Below, piece by piece: positions 46,776 to 56,636 of a DNA stretch of 64,000 nt; position 1 is the stretch's first letter, and the number at the start of each line of letters is the position of its first letter. Under the pieces are notes generated by a model that searched no databases, was not told the origin of the DNA, and saw only the letters and a list, made by a program, of their open reading frames with translations. Source of the stretch: Clostridiales bacterium (GTDB lineage: Bacteria > Bacillota > Clostridia > Christensenellales > CAG-138); the NCBI GenBank assembly GCA_009779405.1, contig WREI01000002.1:3611-67610 (forward strand), written 5' to 3'. Both the position numbers and the translations under genes were made by a program.

Positions 46776-47659
46776 TGCAGGAAAATACAAGGAAGGGCGC
46801 ACCACGCGTACAATATATCAAGAACAAGCGGCGCGGCGCGGCAGCGGCGAACGTCATTGCGTTTATTGTCATACTGTTCCTGGCTGCGGGCGCCGTCTTC
46901 CCGCTGTGGTGGATGTTGCGCTCCGCACTGATGGCGAATACGGATATCTTCTTAGCGCCGCCGCCCTTTTTCCCGAAAGACTGGCTCTGGACGAATTTCA
47001 TTTTAGAGCCGCGCACCTTTGATTTTTGGTTGTACTTGGGGAATACCCTGACCATCGTCGTCCCCTGCGTGGTTTTCGGAACGATTACGGCGGTGTTTTG
47101 CGGCTATGCCTTCGCGCGGCTGCGCTTTCGCGGCAAGCAATTTCTGTTCGCGCTCTGCGTGGGCTCCATGCTGCTGCCGACCATGGTGACGCTGATCCCG
47201 CTCTATATCGTATGGTCGCGGTTGGGGTTGGTGGACACCTATTGGCCACTGATACTCCCCTATCTCTGCGGGGGCGGCGCGTTCAATATCTTCCTCGTAC
47301 GCCAGTTTATGCTGACCATACCGAAGGAGTTGGACGAAGTGGCCAGTATCGACGGCGCGGGTTATTTCCGCACATTGGTGAGTATACTCGTACCCAATAT
47401 CCTGCCCGCCATTATCGTTGTGGCTCTGCTGATCTTCATTACGACCTGGAACGATCTGCTGCAACAGACGATCTATATCAATTCACCGCACAAACTCACG
47501 ATGGCGACCGGCCTGACCCAGTTTATGGGCTCATACAAGAACGACTATTCGGGGATGTTCGCCGCCACCTGCTTATCGTTTTTGCCGGGAGTGATCGTGT
47601 ACCTCATAGGACAGCGGTACTTTGTCGAGGGTATTGTTATGACGGGGATGAAGAACTGA
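46775..47659 (+). CDS. Sugar ABC transporter permease (MalG-like)
   Basis: ATG at 46775 overlaps the upstream stop; EAA loop LDEVASIDGAGYFRTLVSILVP. Confidence 0.9.
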   Translation: MQENTRKGAPRVQYIKNKRRGAAAANVIAFIVILFLAAGAVFPLWWMLRSALMANTDIFLAPPPFFPKDWLWTNFILEPRTFDFWLYLGNTLTIVVPCVVFGTITAVFCGYAFARLRFRGKQFLFALCVGSMLLPTMVTLIPLYIVWSRLGLVDTYWPLILPYLCGGGAFNIFLVRQFMLTIPKELDEVASIDGAGYFRTLVSILVPNILPAIIVVALLIFITTWNDLLQQTIYINSPHKLTMATGLTQFMGSYKNDYSGMFAATCLSFLPGVIVYLIGQRYFVEGIVMTGMKN

Positions 47660-47864
47660 TGTTCATGTCGACAAGCTATCGCTTGCCGACAGGGTTTCAC
47701 CGGGTTTTCTTGTGTTTACCGATTCCCGCCTATGGCGGGAACCGATAAACACGGCCAGAAAATCCTCCAAGGAGTGCGCTGGCGGGCGCCCAGGTCGCCC
47801 TTGCGCACGAATTGAAAACTATTGTCCGCTCACGCGGGGATTTTACCAATAGGAGTAATTGTTG

Positions 47865-48590
47865 ATGCGCTTTTCGGAATTTTTAAGAGAGAAACGCTTT
47901 GGGCCGGGGCGGGGCGTGACGGGGCCGCCGCCGGAAAAGGGGATTAAACGCTTCTTCTTTATACTCTGGAATCATTTTTGGAAGCTGATACTGCTGAACC
48001 TGCTGTTTCTGGCGTTCTGCATTCCGATTCTGACGATCCCCGCGGCGTTCTGCGGCATGAACCGGGTCTTGATTAAGCTGGTGCACGAGGGGCATTGCGA
48101 TCTGTGGCAGGATTTCATCCGCGAGTTTAAGAGCAGCTTCTTCAAAAGCCTGCCCTTTGGGGTTCTTTATGCCTTTTTGCTGCTGGATATTCAGTATGCT
48201 GTCAGACTGAGCGCTGCCGGGGAGAGCTTGAACGTTTGGATCGCCGCGCTGGCCTTCTGCCTGCTGGGGGCCACCATCGTCTTCTTCAGCTATGCCTTTG
48301 TCTTTATCCCCGCGCTGCCGCTCAAGGGTTGGCCCGTGGCCAAGAACGCGTTTATCTTTATGCTGACCGAGTGGAAGACGAATATAATACTGCTGGTCTG
48401 CGCGGCCGTTTTGACGGGGGGATTGGCGGCCATCGCGTACTATGTCCCCGTGCCGGCCATGGCCCTGCTGCTTGTGATTTACTTTGCGTTCTGCCAGCTG
48501 CTCGTTTGCACGGCGATTATGGAACCCATGCGCAGGCGCATCATAGAGCCGTATGAGAAAACGCAGAATGAAACAGAGGTGTCTGTATGA
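47865..48590 (+). CDS. YesL/DUF624-family membrane protein
   Basis: ATG at 47865 after AGGAG; FFFILWNHFWKLILLNLLFLAFCIPILTIPAAFCGM pattern; usual partner of sugar ABC loci. Confidence 0.75.
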   Translation: MRFSEFLREKRFGPGRGVTGPPPEKGIKRFFFILWNHFWKLILLNLLFLAFCIPILTIPAAFCGMNRVLIKLVHEGHCDLWQDFIREFKSSFFKSLPFGVLYAFLLLDIQYAVRLSAAGESLNVWIAALAFCLLGATIVFFSYAFVFIPALPLKGWPVAKNAFIFMLTEWKTNIILLVCAAVLTGGLAAIAYYVPVPAMALLLVIYFAFCQLLVCTAIMEPMRRRIIEPYEKTQNETEVSV

Positions 48591-49471
48591 ACCGTTATGA
48601 TATCACCTTTATCGGCCATATGTGCTACGATGAGGTTCTTCCCTTCGGGGGGGAGCCGATCATTGCGCCGGGCTCCGCCGTGCTCTGTGGCGCGATGGTC
48701 ACCGCGCGCGTGGGGAAGAAGACGGCCGCCATCGTCCGCATGTCTTTGGATGAGGCGCGCATCAACCAACCCATGCGGGATTTGGGCGTGGATGTGCACG
48801 TGATACCCGCCCCCTGCACGACCTATTCGCGCGTGATTCACGAGTCGGAGAATGTGGACGAGCGGAAGATTACGCTGATTCGGACGGCCGGGCTGATTCG
48901 GATAGAGGATATCCCCGATTTTCAGTCGCACATGGTGCACCTCTGCGGCATTTCGGATTCCGAGTTCGATATAGCGCTGATCGACGGGCTGCGCGCGCGC
49001 GGCTACAGCCTGTCCACGGATATGCAGAGTTTTGTGCGCCAGATTACACCCATTACCCATGAAATCAACTTCGGGGATGTAGCCGATAAGGTTGAGATCA
49101 TATCCAAAATGGACAGGGTGAAGCTCGACGTCGTCGAAGCGAGGGTGCTGACAGGCACGGACGATCTGGAGAAGGCCGCATTGATTGTGGAAAGCTGGGG
49201 TTGCCCCGAAGTGGTGATCACGCATTCCCGGGGCGTGCTGGCCAGGGTGGACGGGCAGACCTATTACGAGAAATTTTCGAACAGGAGCGTGGTTGGGCGC
49301 ACGGGCAGGGGCGATACGACCTTCGCCGCCTACCTCGCCTGGCGCTTGGAACACAGTGTGGCCGAGTCCCTGCGATTCGCGGCGGCCCTCGTCTCCATCA
49401 AAATGGAGACCTATGGACCATTTCAGGGGAGCTTGGAGGATGTGCGCGAAAGAATACGGGAGAGCCATTAG
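48587..49471 (+). CDS. PfkB-family carbohydrate kinase
   Basis: C-terminal GRTGRGDTTFAAYLA (GxGD) motif; ~294 aa. Confidence 0.85.
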   Translation: MNRYDITFIGHMCYDEVLPFGGEPIIAPGSAVLCGAMVTARVGKKTAAIVRMSLDEARINQPMRDLGVDVHVIPAPCTTYSRVIHESENVDERKITLIRTAGLIRIEDIPDFQSHMVHLCGISDSEFDIALIDGLRARGYSLSTDMQSFVRQITPITHEINFGDVADKVEIISKMDRVKLDVVEARVLTGTDDLEKAALIVESWGCPEVVITHSRGVLARVDGQTYYEKFSNRSVVGRTGRGDTTFAAYLAWRLEHSVAESLRFAAALVSIKMETYGPFQGSLEDVRERIRESH

Positions 49472-49482
49472 GGAGTACCCAT

Positions 49483-51819
49483 ATGTATATTGACAATTTT
49501 CATATCGATCCCAACTGGTGCGTGGTTGAGGATGCCTTTGATATAGGCCGCGTGCGGCATATCGAGTCCGTAATGGCCTTGGGGACGGGCTATATGACGA
49601 CGCGCGCGAGCTTTGACGAGGGTTTTGCCGACGATGCGCAGAATGCCGAGTATGACCGCATCCCGGGCAACGTCTCGCTCGAGGTCGTCCCCTGCAAAAA
49701 GAGCCGCTGGGGCAGTTATATCCAGCTCGTGCAGGGCAGGCATCCGTTTTGGCGGACGGGGATCGTCAATCTCCCCTATTATCTCGGGCTGGAAGTATGG
49801 GCGGACGGTGAGCGTTTGGATATGGAGAGTTCGCAGATTTCGGGTTACAGGATGTGGCTGAACCTGCGCAAAGCGACTCTCTATCGAACCTTTGTCTGGA
49901 CGACAAGTTCGGGCAAGGTCTTGAATCTGCTCTTCAAGCGTTATATGGATCCCAAACTGAGATTTGTCTGCGTGCAGAAGCTCTGCGTGCGGGCGCTTTC
50001 GGGCGACGCGTCGCTTCTTGTGCAGAGTTATATTGACAACGACGTCCGCACGAACGGTTTTGATAAATACAGCGCCCGCGCCACCGGCGTCGCCGACGGC
50101 GGGGTCATCTGTTCCGATATAACGACCAATTTGGGCGACCGCGTGGTGACGGCAAGCAAGTTGGTCTGCGATGTACCCGCCGAATATTCGATCCTCCCCT
50201 TGGAGCGGCGCATTGTGTCAGGGGCCGCGTTCTCGCTTGCCGCGGGCAATGAAGCCGATATTTTCAAGGTTTCCGCGACGACCTGCAGCCTGTATTCGGA
50301 AAAGAATCCTCTGGACGAGGGCTTAAAACTGATACGCGACTGCATGCAAGCGGGCGAAGAGGAACTGCATCGCCGCCACACAGAGCAGTGGGCGAAATAT
50401 TGGGCGGACTGTGACATTGCCGTTGCGGCGCGGGACGACGCGGGCTACAACAGTCAGCGCGCGATACGACAGGCCATCTATCATCTACTGCGCGCCCGCT
50501 CGAGCGACCCGCGCGCGCTCAACTGCGCCAAGGGTACGACCAGTGAGATGTATTTGGGTTCCGTCTGCTGGGATATGGAGCTGTTCTTCCAGCCCTTCTA
50601 TATATATACGCGGCCCGAGCTCGCCAAAATGACGCATCTCTACCGCTACGGCATGTTGGACGGGGCGCGGCGGAGCGCGCAAAGCATGCACTATCTCGGC
50701 GCGCGCTACCCCTGGCAGACCGACCGCAACGGCGACGAGGTATGCCCGATGTTCGAGTATGCGGACCATGAGATCCATATCACAGCCGACGTCGTTATCG
50801 GGCTCTGGCATTATTATTGCAATACGCTCGATAAAGAGTATCTGTATAACTGCGGCTTGGAGATTATCATCGAGACCGCGCGCTACTGGACGAGCCGCGT
50901 CAACCGCATTCCGGGGCGGCCCGGCTACCAGCTGCTCGGCGTGATGGGGCCGGATGAATATAAGCCCTTCTCCAACAACAACGCGTATACGAATTTTGTG
51001 GTGCGGGAGAATTTGCGTTTGGCCGCAACCGTGGTGCGCATGTGTAAGGCGGACGCGCCCGAGCTGTATAAGCAGCTTTGTAAAAAGATTGCATTTCGCG
51101 AAAGCGAGTTGGCACTGTTTAATGAAATTGCGGACGGAATGTCCATCCCGCAAGACAGCGAACGCAATATCATCTGGCAGTGCGACGATTTTGAGACGGC
51201 CTACGCCGAGATCGATATCAAGGGGCTGTGGGCGGACAGGGACAAGCTGTTCGGGTTTTATACGACGCAGGAGCTCAGATACCGCAGTAAATGCCTGAAG
51301 CAGTCCGACGTGATCGCGCTGATGGGCGTATACACCGAGGCCTTCACGAAGGAGCAGATGGCCGCGTCCTTCGACTATTACAACCCCTATACGATACACG
51401 ATTCCTCCAATTCCCTCTGTCACAATGCGATCGTCGCCGCGCTGATCGGGCGGCCCGAGACAGCGTACGCGAACTGGAAGAAGTCGATGGACATCGATTT
51501 CGGGGCGCGCCCGCGCGCGGCGGAGGGCATCCACTTTGCCAATGTGGGCGGCATGTGGCAGGAGCTTATCATGGGCTTTGCCGGGTTGGTCAGCGCGCTC
51601 AATAGCGACACCTTGACTTTCAAGCCCTGTATGCCGGAACAGATTGCGTCGATTGCTTTCCAAATGATATGGAAAGGGCAACGGGTGAAAGTCACCGTTG
51701 CCCGGCATGAGCTTGTATTGCAGAATCTGTCTGATAGCGAGCTTGTCTTTATGGTGTATGAGCGCGCGGTTAAGGTGATAGCCGGGTCTGAAATTACTGC
51801 GCAGCTTGGGGGGGAATGA
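49483..51819 (+). CDS. Glycoside hydrolase family 65 protein (phosphorylase or hydrolase)
   Basis: ATG at 49483. GARYPWQTDRNGDEVCP and HITADVVIGLWHYY regions are typical of the GH65 catalytic domain. The track start at 49201 overlaps the kinase gene. Confidence 0.85.
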   Translation: MYIDNFHIDPNWCVVEDAFDIGRVRHIESVMALGTGYMTTRASFDEGFADDAQNAEYDRIPGNVSLEVVPCKKSRWGSYIQLVQGRHPFWRTGIVNLPYYLGLEVWADGERLDMESSQISGYRMWLNLRKATLYRTFVWTTSSGKVLNLLFKRYMDPKLRFVCVQKLCVRALSGDASLLVQSYIDNDVRTNGFDKYSARATGVADGGVICSDITTNLGDRVVTASKLVCDVPAEYSILPLERRIVSGAAFSLAAGNEADIFKVSATTCSLYSEKNPLDEGLKLIRDCMQAGEEELHRRHTEQWAKYWADCDIAVAARDDAGYNSQRAIRQAIYHLLRARSSDPRALNCAKGTTSEMYLGSVCWDMELFFQPFYIYTRPELAKMTHLYRYGMLDGARRSAQSMHYLGARYPWQTDRNGDEVCPMFEYADHEIHITADVVIGLWHYYCNTLDKEYLYNCGLEIIIETARYWTSRVNRIPGRPGYQLLGVMGPDEYKPFSNNNAYTNFVVRENLRLAATVVRMCKADAPELYKQLCKKIAFRESELALFNEIADGMSIPQDSERNIIWQCDDFETAYAEIDIKGLWADRDKLFGFYTTQELRYRSKCLKQSDVIALMGVYTEAFTKEQMAASFDYYNPYTIHDSSNSLCHNAIVAALIGRPETAYANWKKSMDIDFGARPRAAEGIHFANVGGMWQELIMGFAGLVSALNSDTLTFKPCMPEQIASIAFQMIWKGQRVKVTVARHELVLQNLSDSELVFMVYERAVKVIAGSEITAQLGGE

Positions 51820-51845
51820 GCAGCCCTTCCCATATGCGCTTCGTC

Positions 51846-51877
51846 AAAAGGAAGGGGCAAAGTGCCCCTCCCTTTTG
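51846..51877. terminator. Bidirectional terminator between convergent genes
   Basis: CAAAAGGA-AGGGGCA-AAG-TGCCCCT-CCCTTTTG, flanked by an A-run and a T-run. Confidence 0.75.
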
Positions 51878-51890
51878 AGTTGTTTCGATT

Positions 51891-53063
51891 TTAGTATTGA
51901 ATATACTCGATTTGCTCTGGGGTAAACCAAACCATTGTGCCATCCATGTATTCAATATTCAAGCTAATGAGCTTAACAGAACTTATATCCCAATTGTAGA
52001 ATTTGCCCCAGTACCATTTGGTTCCGCTTATTCCTTTCCCCTTTTCATACGGGCCTGTATCGGAGCAATAATTGACTGTATCTCGCTTGTATTTACAAGT
52101 CGCAACATCGCCTACGGCATTATAGAATGTGGCACCAAACGTTACATATTTTATGGCTTTTTCAGAGTTGTTGACAAAGTTGAAATAGAGCTTCACGCCG
52201 CCAGCTGAATCGGGACGGGAAACCCATATCCGCGTAACCCGAATAATAGAACGAGCTTCTGCTATTGCTAACTTCATGGCTTCTTCGGCAGCAAGTGCAT
52301 CATATGTGTTCCGGCTGTCTGTCAATATTGAACGATTGGAAACCCTTTTCGCTTCATCAGCGGATAGTGCGCTGTATGCTTTCTCCGCAGAGACGATGGC
52401 ACTCTCGCTTGATAGAGTGACACTGCCAATTGCGCTTATCAAAACCTCAGCGTTGCTCACTTTTAGTTGAGATAAGGTCTCCCTTGCCGACCCCAGCACA
52501 GGATAGTTATTGACCTGTTCTTTCAAACTTGCATCAAGACTGTTGTAAGCGCTTTCCGCTTCATGAATTTGCTTTTCACTGGTTATTGTTACTGCTCCGA
52601 TCCTCTCGATAAGACCTATAACTGTTTCGATTTGCAGCTCGGGATACTCCTCCTCTGCTGTAGTCAGAATGGCATAGTTGCCGACCATTTCTTTTTGCGC
52701 TGTACTCAGCGCATCGTATGCGCTGCGCGCTTTCGTGATAGCTCCGAGACTCTCCAAGGCCACTTGTCCAATTTGACTGATTAATCCGTCTACCTCGTCT
52801 GCTTTTTCTTTATCCGCTTTCCATAAGTCAAAGGATGCTCTGGCTTCTGTCAGAATGGAATAACCCTCCACCTGCTCCTTTTCCTCATCACTTAGAGCGC
52901 CATATGCATTCTCTGCTTCCAAAATGGGCGCTTCATTACCCATAGAAATAGCAGGCAAGACCGCAATCAATTGCTCGACATTTTGCACTACTTGACTTTT
53001 TCCACATGCAGCTAAAATGAGTGCGAATCCAAGCAGCAACACTGATACTAAAACCTTCCTCAT
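51891..53063 (-). CDS. Lipoprotein with four internal ~60-aa repeats and a distinct C-terminal domain
   Basis: Start at the internal Met: MRKVLVSVLLLGFALILAAC (lipobox). Repeated A(E/R)xAYxALSxxxKxxVxNYxxL units. Low GC. Confidence 0.75.
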   Translation of the reverse strand: MRKVLVSVLLLGFALILAACGKSQVVQNVEQLIAVLPAISMGNEAPILEAENAYGALSDEEKEQVEGYSILTEARASFDLWKADKEKADEVDGLISQIGQVALESLGAITKARSAYDALSTAQKEMVGNYAILTTAEEEYPELQIETVIGLIERIGAVTITSEKQIHEAESAYNSLDASLKEQVNNYPVLGSARETLSQLKVSNAEVLISAIGSVTLSSESAIVSAEKAYSALSADEAKRVSNRSILTDSRNTYDALAAEEAMKLAIAEARSIIRVTRIWVSRPDSAGGVKLYFNFVNNSEKAIKYVTFGATFYNAVGDVATCKYKRDTVNYCSDTGPYEKGKGISGTKWYWGKFYNWDISSVKLISLNIEYMDGTMVWFTPEQIEYIQY

Positions 53064-53212
53064 TCGGTTTACCCTCCGATATTTTTTGCGCAATGAGTAT
53101 ACCATGCGTGCTAAGAAAATGCAATGCGATTTGCATAACTTTTGTAATGCTGACTGCTTTGATCTATCGTTATATGATTTTTGCATAACATATGATATGC
53201 GAGGTGCAATAT

Positions 53213-53389
53213 ATGACGAAATTCAAAATACCCGTTATTCCATCCACTACAAACAAGTGTATACGGTTTCCCAGTAATTTGATTGAGGATATTGAAAAGG
53301 CTATTGAGGGGACAAACTGTACGTTTTCGGCATTCGTGCTTGAAGCTGTACGTGTTGCGTTAAGGGAGTTGGAAGAACCCGAAGAATAA
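53213..53389 (+). CDS. Small ribbon-helix-helix (CopG/Arc-like) protein
   Basis: ATG at 53213 after GAGGTG; KCIRFPSNLIEDIEKAIEG..FSAFVLEAVRVAL fits a beta-strand/helix/helix layout. Confidence 0.55.
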   Translation: MTKFKIPVIPSTTNKCIRFPSNLIEDIEKAIEGTNCTFSAFVLEAVRVALRELEEPEE

Positions 53390-53548
53390 TTTTTGCGATT
53401 TTTTAAGGGTAAGACAGGGAATATTCTTGCGAAAACGGACGGCCAATGGCTGCCCCTACTGCTTCGCGACAAAAACGAGAAAGCGCGAAATATCCGTAGG
53501 GGCGATTGAATCGCGGGTTTCGGGCGGATACTATCCGCCCCTACTGCT

Positions 53549-55138
53549 TTACTCTTGGTAATACCCGTACCCGCGCCGCGCCATCTCCTCGCGGCGTTTT
53601 ATTTCGGCTTGCTTGCGGCGGCGGCGCTGTTCCGCTTCCTCGCGGCGGCGCTTCATAATTATGGCGCGGCGCACCATGAGCAAGGCAAGCAACAGCAGGA
53701 AGACGCCGACTATGATGATAAGGGCGATCACCAAACGTCGGCCAACGTTAATGGGTTCATCGGCTCCGGGCGTTGGTAAGGGGGAATCGAAGATGTTGAT
53801 GGGTGTTGCGCCCGGCTCGTCCGTTGCCATATTATTGATAACGGCCTCCTGAACCTCGCGCGTTGCGATGAGGTCCGCCGTGAGTATGACCACGCCGCCC
53901 GCGATATAGTCCACCCTGCCGATGATATTGCCCTTGTTGATGGGGGCCTTTTGCCCTTCCTCGTAATGCACGACGTTCGCGCTGGCCGCATAATCCACTT
54001 CCAAGGCCTCGCGCACGCTGCGCATCATCTGCACGTTCTTGCCGCTTGCATAGACGGCATCCACCACAAGCAGGCCCCGGGCCTCATCCTGCTCGGAAGC
54101 GTTCGCTATCTGCACGGTAAATTGGACGGGCAGACCGCGCTCGATCAATTGTTCGACCGTATAGGTCTCCATCAGCACGGAGTACACATGGTCGAAGAGC
54201 AACGCCGCGTCCTGGAAGCGGCGGGCATTGTATTTCTCCTTGGCGGGCGGCTTCATATTGTTTTGATTATTTGTATAATAGGAATCAAACAGGGTGCCGC
54301 CCATGAGCACCGCCACGAGACGCACGCCGCCGCGCTCCGCCGCCGCGACCAAACATTTGCCCGCGGGATTCGTATCGCCCGTCTTGACGCCGATGGCGGA
54401 TTCATAGAGACAGGAGATCGGGTTGGGGTTATCATCCGTGGGCTCAACATCGGCGATCAGGCGATTGCTGTTGACCAGCCGGATGGGACGGTCGTTGCCG
54501 AGCTCCGTGGCAACATGCTCCGCCGCGCTGACGATTTGACAAAAATCCGGGTTTTGCAGGGCATAGGCCGTCAAAATACCCATATCGCGGGCCGTGCTGT
54601 AATGGTCGCTCTTATGCTTGCCGTGGACGGTGAGAAAACGTGAATTCTGCATGCCGATTGCGGCCGCCTTCTCGTTCATCAGCTTGGCAAATTCGTTCTC
54701 CGACCCGGCGATATGCTCCGCAATCGCGACGGCGGCATCGTTGCCCGAGACGAGCATCAGCCCGTACAGCATATCGCGCAGGGAAAAGGTCTCGCCCCGG
54801 AATACGCCCATCAGGGAATTACCCTGGCCCCAATCGGTCGCGGCTTCGCTGATTGTAATGACATCATCCAAACTATGACCGGCGCTGTAGGCATATTCCA
54901 GCGCGACAATGCAGGTCAGAATCTTGGTGGTACTGGCGGGATATATCTTGGCGTCCGCATTGCGCTCCAAGCCCAGGATGGACTGATGCGGGTTGCTCGC
55001 ATCGAAGACATAGACATAGGGCTCCTCGATCATAGCCATATCAAAGCCCTCCGCGCGGGTAGGCGGCGCTATAAACGGGCAGAGCAAGAGTAGGGCAAAC
55101 AGGAGGGAGAGGACTTTGCAGATATATTTGTGTTTCAT
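53549..55138 (-). CDS. D-alanyl-D-alanine carboxypeptidase (peptidase S11) with C-terminal TM and a highly charged tail
   Basis: SxxK PASTTKILT, SxN LVSGNDAA, KTG GVKTGDT. The C-terminus has a TM then RRREEAEQRRRRKQAEIKRREEMARRGYGYYQE. Confidence 0.88.
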   Translation of the reverse strand: MKHKYICKVLSLLFALLLLCPFIAPPTRAEGFDMAMIEEPYVYVFDASNPHQSILGLERNADAKIYPASTTKILTCIVALEYAYSAGHSLDDVITISEAATDWGQGNSLMGVFRGETFSLRDMLYGLMLVSGNDAAVAIAEHIAGSENEFAKLMNEKAAAIGMQNSRFLTVHGKHKSDHYSTARDMGILTAYALQNPDFCQIVSAAEHVATELGNDRPIRLVNSNRLIADVEPTDDNPNPISCLYESAIGVKTGDTNPAGKCLVAAAERGGVRLVAVLMGGTLFDSYYTNNQNNMKPPAKEKYNARRFQDAALLFDHVYSVLMETYTVEQLIERGLPVQFTVQIANASEQDEARGLLVVDAVYASGKNVQMMRSVREALEVDYAASANVVHYEEGQKAPINKGNIIGRVDYIAGGVVILTADLIATREVQEAVINNMATDEPGATPINIFDSPLPTPGADEPINVGRRLVIALIIIVGVFLLLLALLMVRRAIIMKRRREEAEQRRRRKQAEIKRREEMARRGYGYYQE

Positions 55139-55193
55139 GAAATGTATAAAACCCTTTCGTTATGCAACAAATATTCGAGGGTGAACGGTCTTT

Positions 55194-55222
55194 AGTCTAT
55201 CGCTCCCCTCCCCCATTGTCAA
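55194..55222 (-). promoter_or_regulatory. Candidate promoter of the DD-carboxypeptidase gene
   Basis: Minus strand: TTGACA, 17-nt spacer, TAGACT. Confidence 0.45.
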
Positions 55223-55292
55223 CCGGAAAAGTCTGCTTTTTGCACCCGATTTGCGTCGGTCACGGAAAATTTACAAAAACAGTTTCGGGGCT

Positions 55293-56627
55293 TTACGGGG
55301 TTAGCCGTTTCGGGCTGCGGAACAAAAACTCGGTCTCGTTGATATGCGTGCCGAGGAGCAGCATGGTGAGACGGTCTACGCCCAGGCCGAAGCCGCCGTG
55401 GGGCGGGCAGCCGTATTTGAAGAATTCCAAATAGAATTTGACGTCTTCGGCCAGACCGCGCTCCGCCGCCTGCGCTTTCAGGATGTCGTGGCGGTGTTCG
55501 CGCTGGGCGCCCGTTGTGATCTCGACGCCGCGCCAGATGAGGTCATAGCCCTGCGGGACGCCGTGCTCGTCCCGCATATGGTAGAATGCGCGCTTTTCTG
55601 CGCCAAAATCGGTGATGAAGAGGAACTCATGGCTGTATTTCTGCTGCACCCACTGATAGCTCAGGCGCTCGGCTTCGGTCGTCATATCGCCGCACTCGCC
55701 CTCCTCGGGGGTATAGTTGAACTCCTTTTTCAGCTCGGCATATAACTCTTGCAGGGTGATGACCGGGAAAGGCAGCGTGGGGATGATAACGGGCAAGCCG
55801 AAGCGCTTTTCTATCTCCTCGCCATACTGCGCTTGCAGCTTTTGGAGTGCATGGGTCAATAGCTCGGCCTGTAATTGCATCACGTCGCGATAGCTTTGGA
55901 TATAGCTCAATTCCAGATCGAAGCCCGTGAACTCGGTGGCGTGCTTGCTGGTGAAGGATTTTTCGGCGCGGAAGACGGGGCCGACCTCAAAGACGCGCTC
56001 GAATCCGCCCGCCATCGCCATCTGCTTATAGAACTGCGGGCTTTGGGCGAGATAGGCCTTGCGCTCGAAATAGTCCACCGAGAAGACGTCTGCGCCGCTC
56101 TCGCTCGCCGCGCCGATCAGCTTGGGGGAATGGATTTCCAGGAAATTATTTTGCAACAGAAATTCGCGCATGGCGGCGACGACACAGCTCTGCACCTTGA
56201 ACATCAACTGGTTGCGATCCGTGCGCAGGTCGACCCAGCGATAGTCGATGCGGAGGTCTATGCCGCTCTTCTCCACGGCGGCCTTCCTCTTTGTGGCGGG
56301 GATATCCTCGCGCGCGATGGGCAGGGCGGCGGCCAAGGACTCCACCGCAATGGCGGAGGGGATCATTTCGATGCCGTGCAGTTTGACAAACTCGTTGGCA
56401 ACGGCTTTGCCTGTGACGGAAATGACGGAGTCGGGGGTCAGGCCCTCGAGCGCGGGCAGGAGTTGGGGCAGTTTTTCCTTTTCGATGGTGATCTGCACCT
56501 TGCCCGTGATATCTTTCAGCACGATAAAGGCCATGGATTTCCCGTCGCGGAAATTCTCCACAAAGCCCTGCAAGAGCAACTCGCTGCCCAAGTGCCGCGG
56601 TATGTCGCGGATATAGGTTCTGTTCAT
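55293..56627 (-). CDS. aspS: Aspartyl-tRNA synthetase, archaeal/eukaryal-like type 2 (short form)
   Basis: ~444 aa with no GAD insertion; FRAEKSFTSKHATEFTGFDLE; GCPPHGGFGLGVDRLTMLLLG; C-terminal ..SPKRLTP. ATG at 56627 preferred over the TTG at 56633. Confidence 0.85.
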   Translation of the reverse strand: MNRTYIRDIPRHLGSELLLQGFVENFRDGKSMAFIVLKDITGKVQITIEKEKLPQLLPALEGLTPDSVISVTGKAVANEFVKLHGIEMIPSAIAVESLAAALPIAREDIPATKRKAAVEKSGIDLRIDYRWVDLRTDRNQLMFKVQSCVVAAMREFLLQNNFLEIHSPKLIGAASESGADVFSVDYFERKAYLAQSPQFYKQMAMAGGFERVFEVGPVFRAEKSFTSKHATEFTGFDLELSYIQSYRDVMQLQAELLTHALQKLQAQYGEEIEKRFGLPVIIPTLPFPVITLQELYAELKKEFNYTPEEGECGDMTTEAERLSYQWVQQKYSHEFLFITDFGAEKRAFYHMRDEHGVPQGYDLIWRGVEITTGAQREHRHDILKAQAAERGLAEDVKFYLEFFKYGCPPHGGFGLGVDRLTMLLLGTHINETEFLFRSPKRLTP

Positions 56628-56636
56628 GTGCAATCC

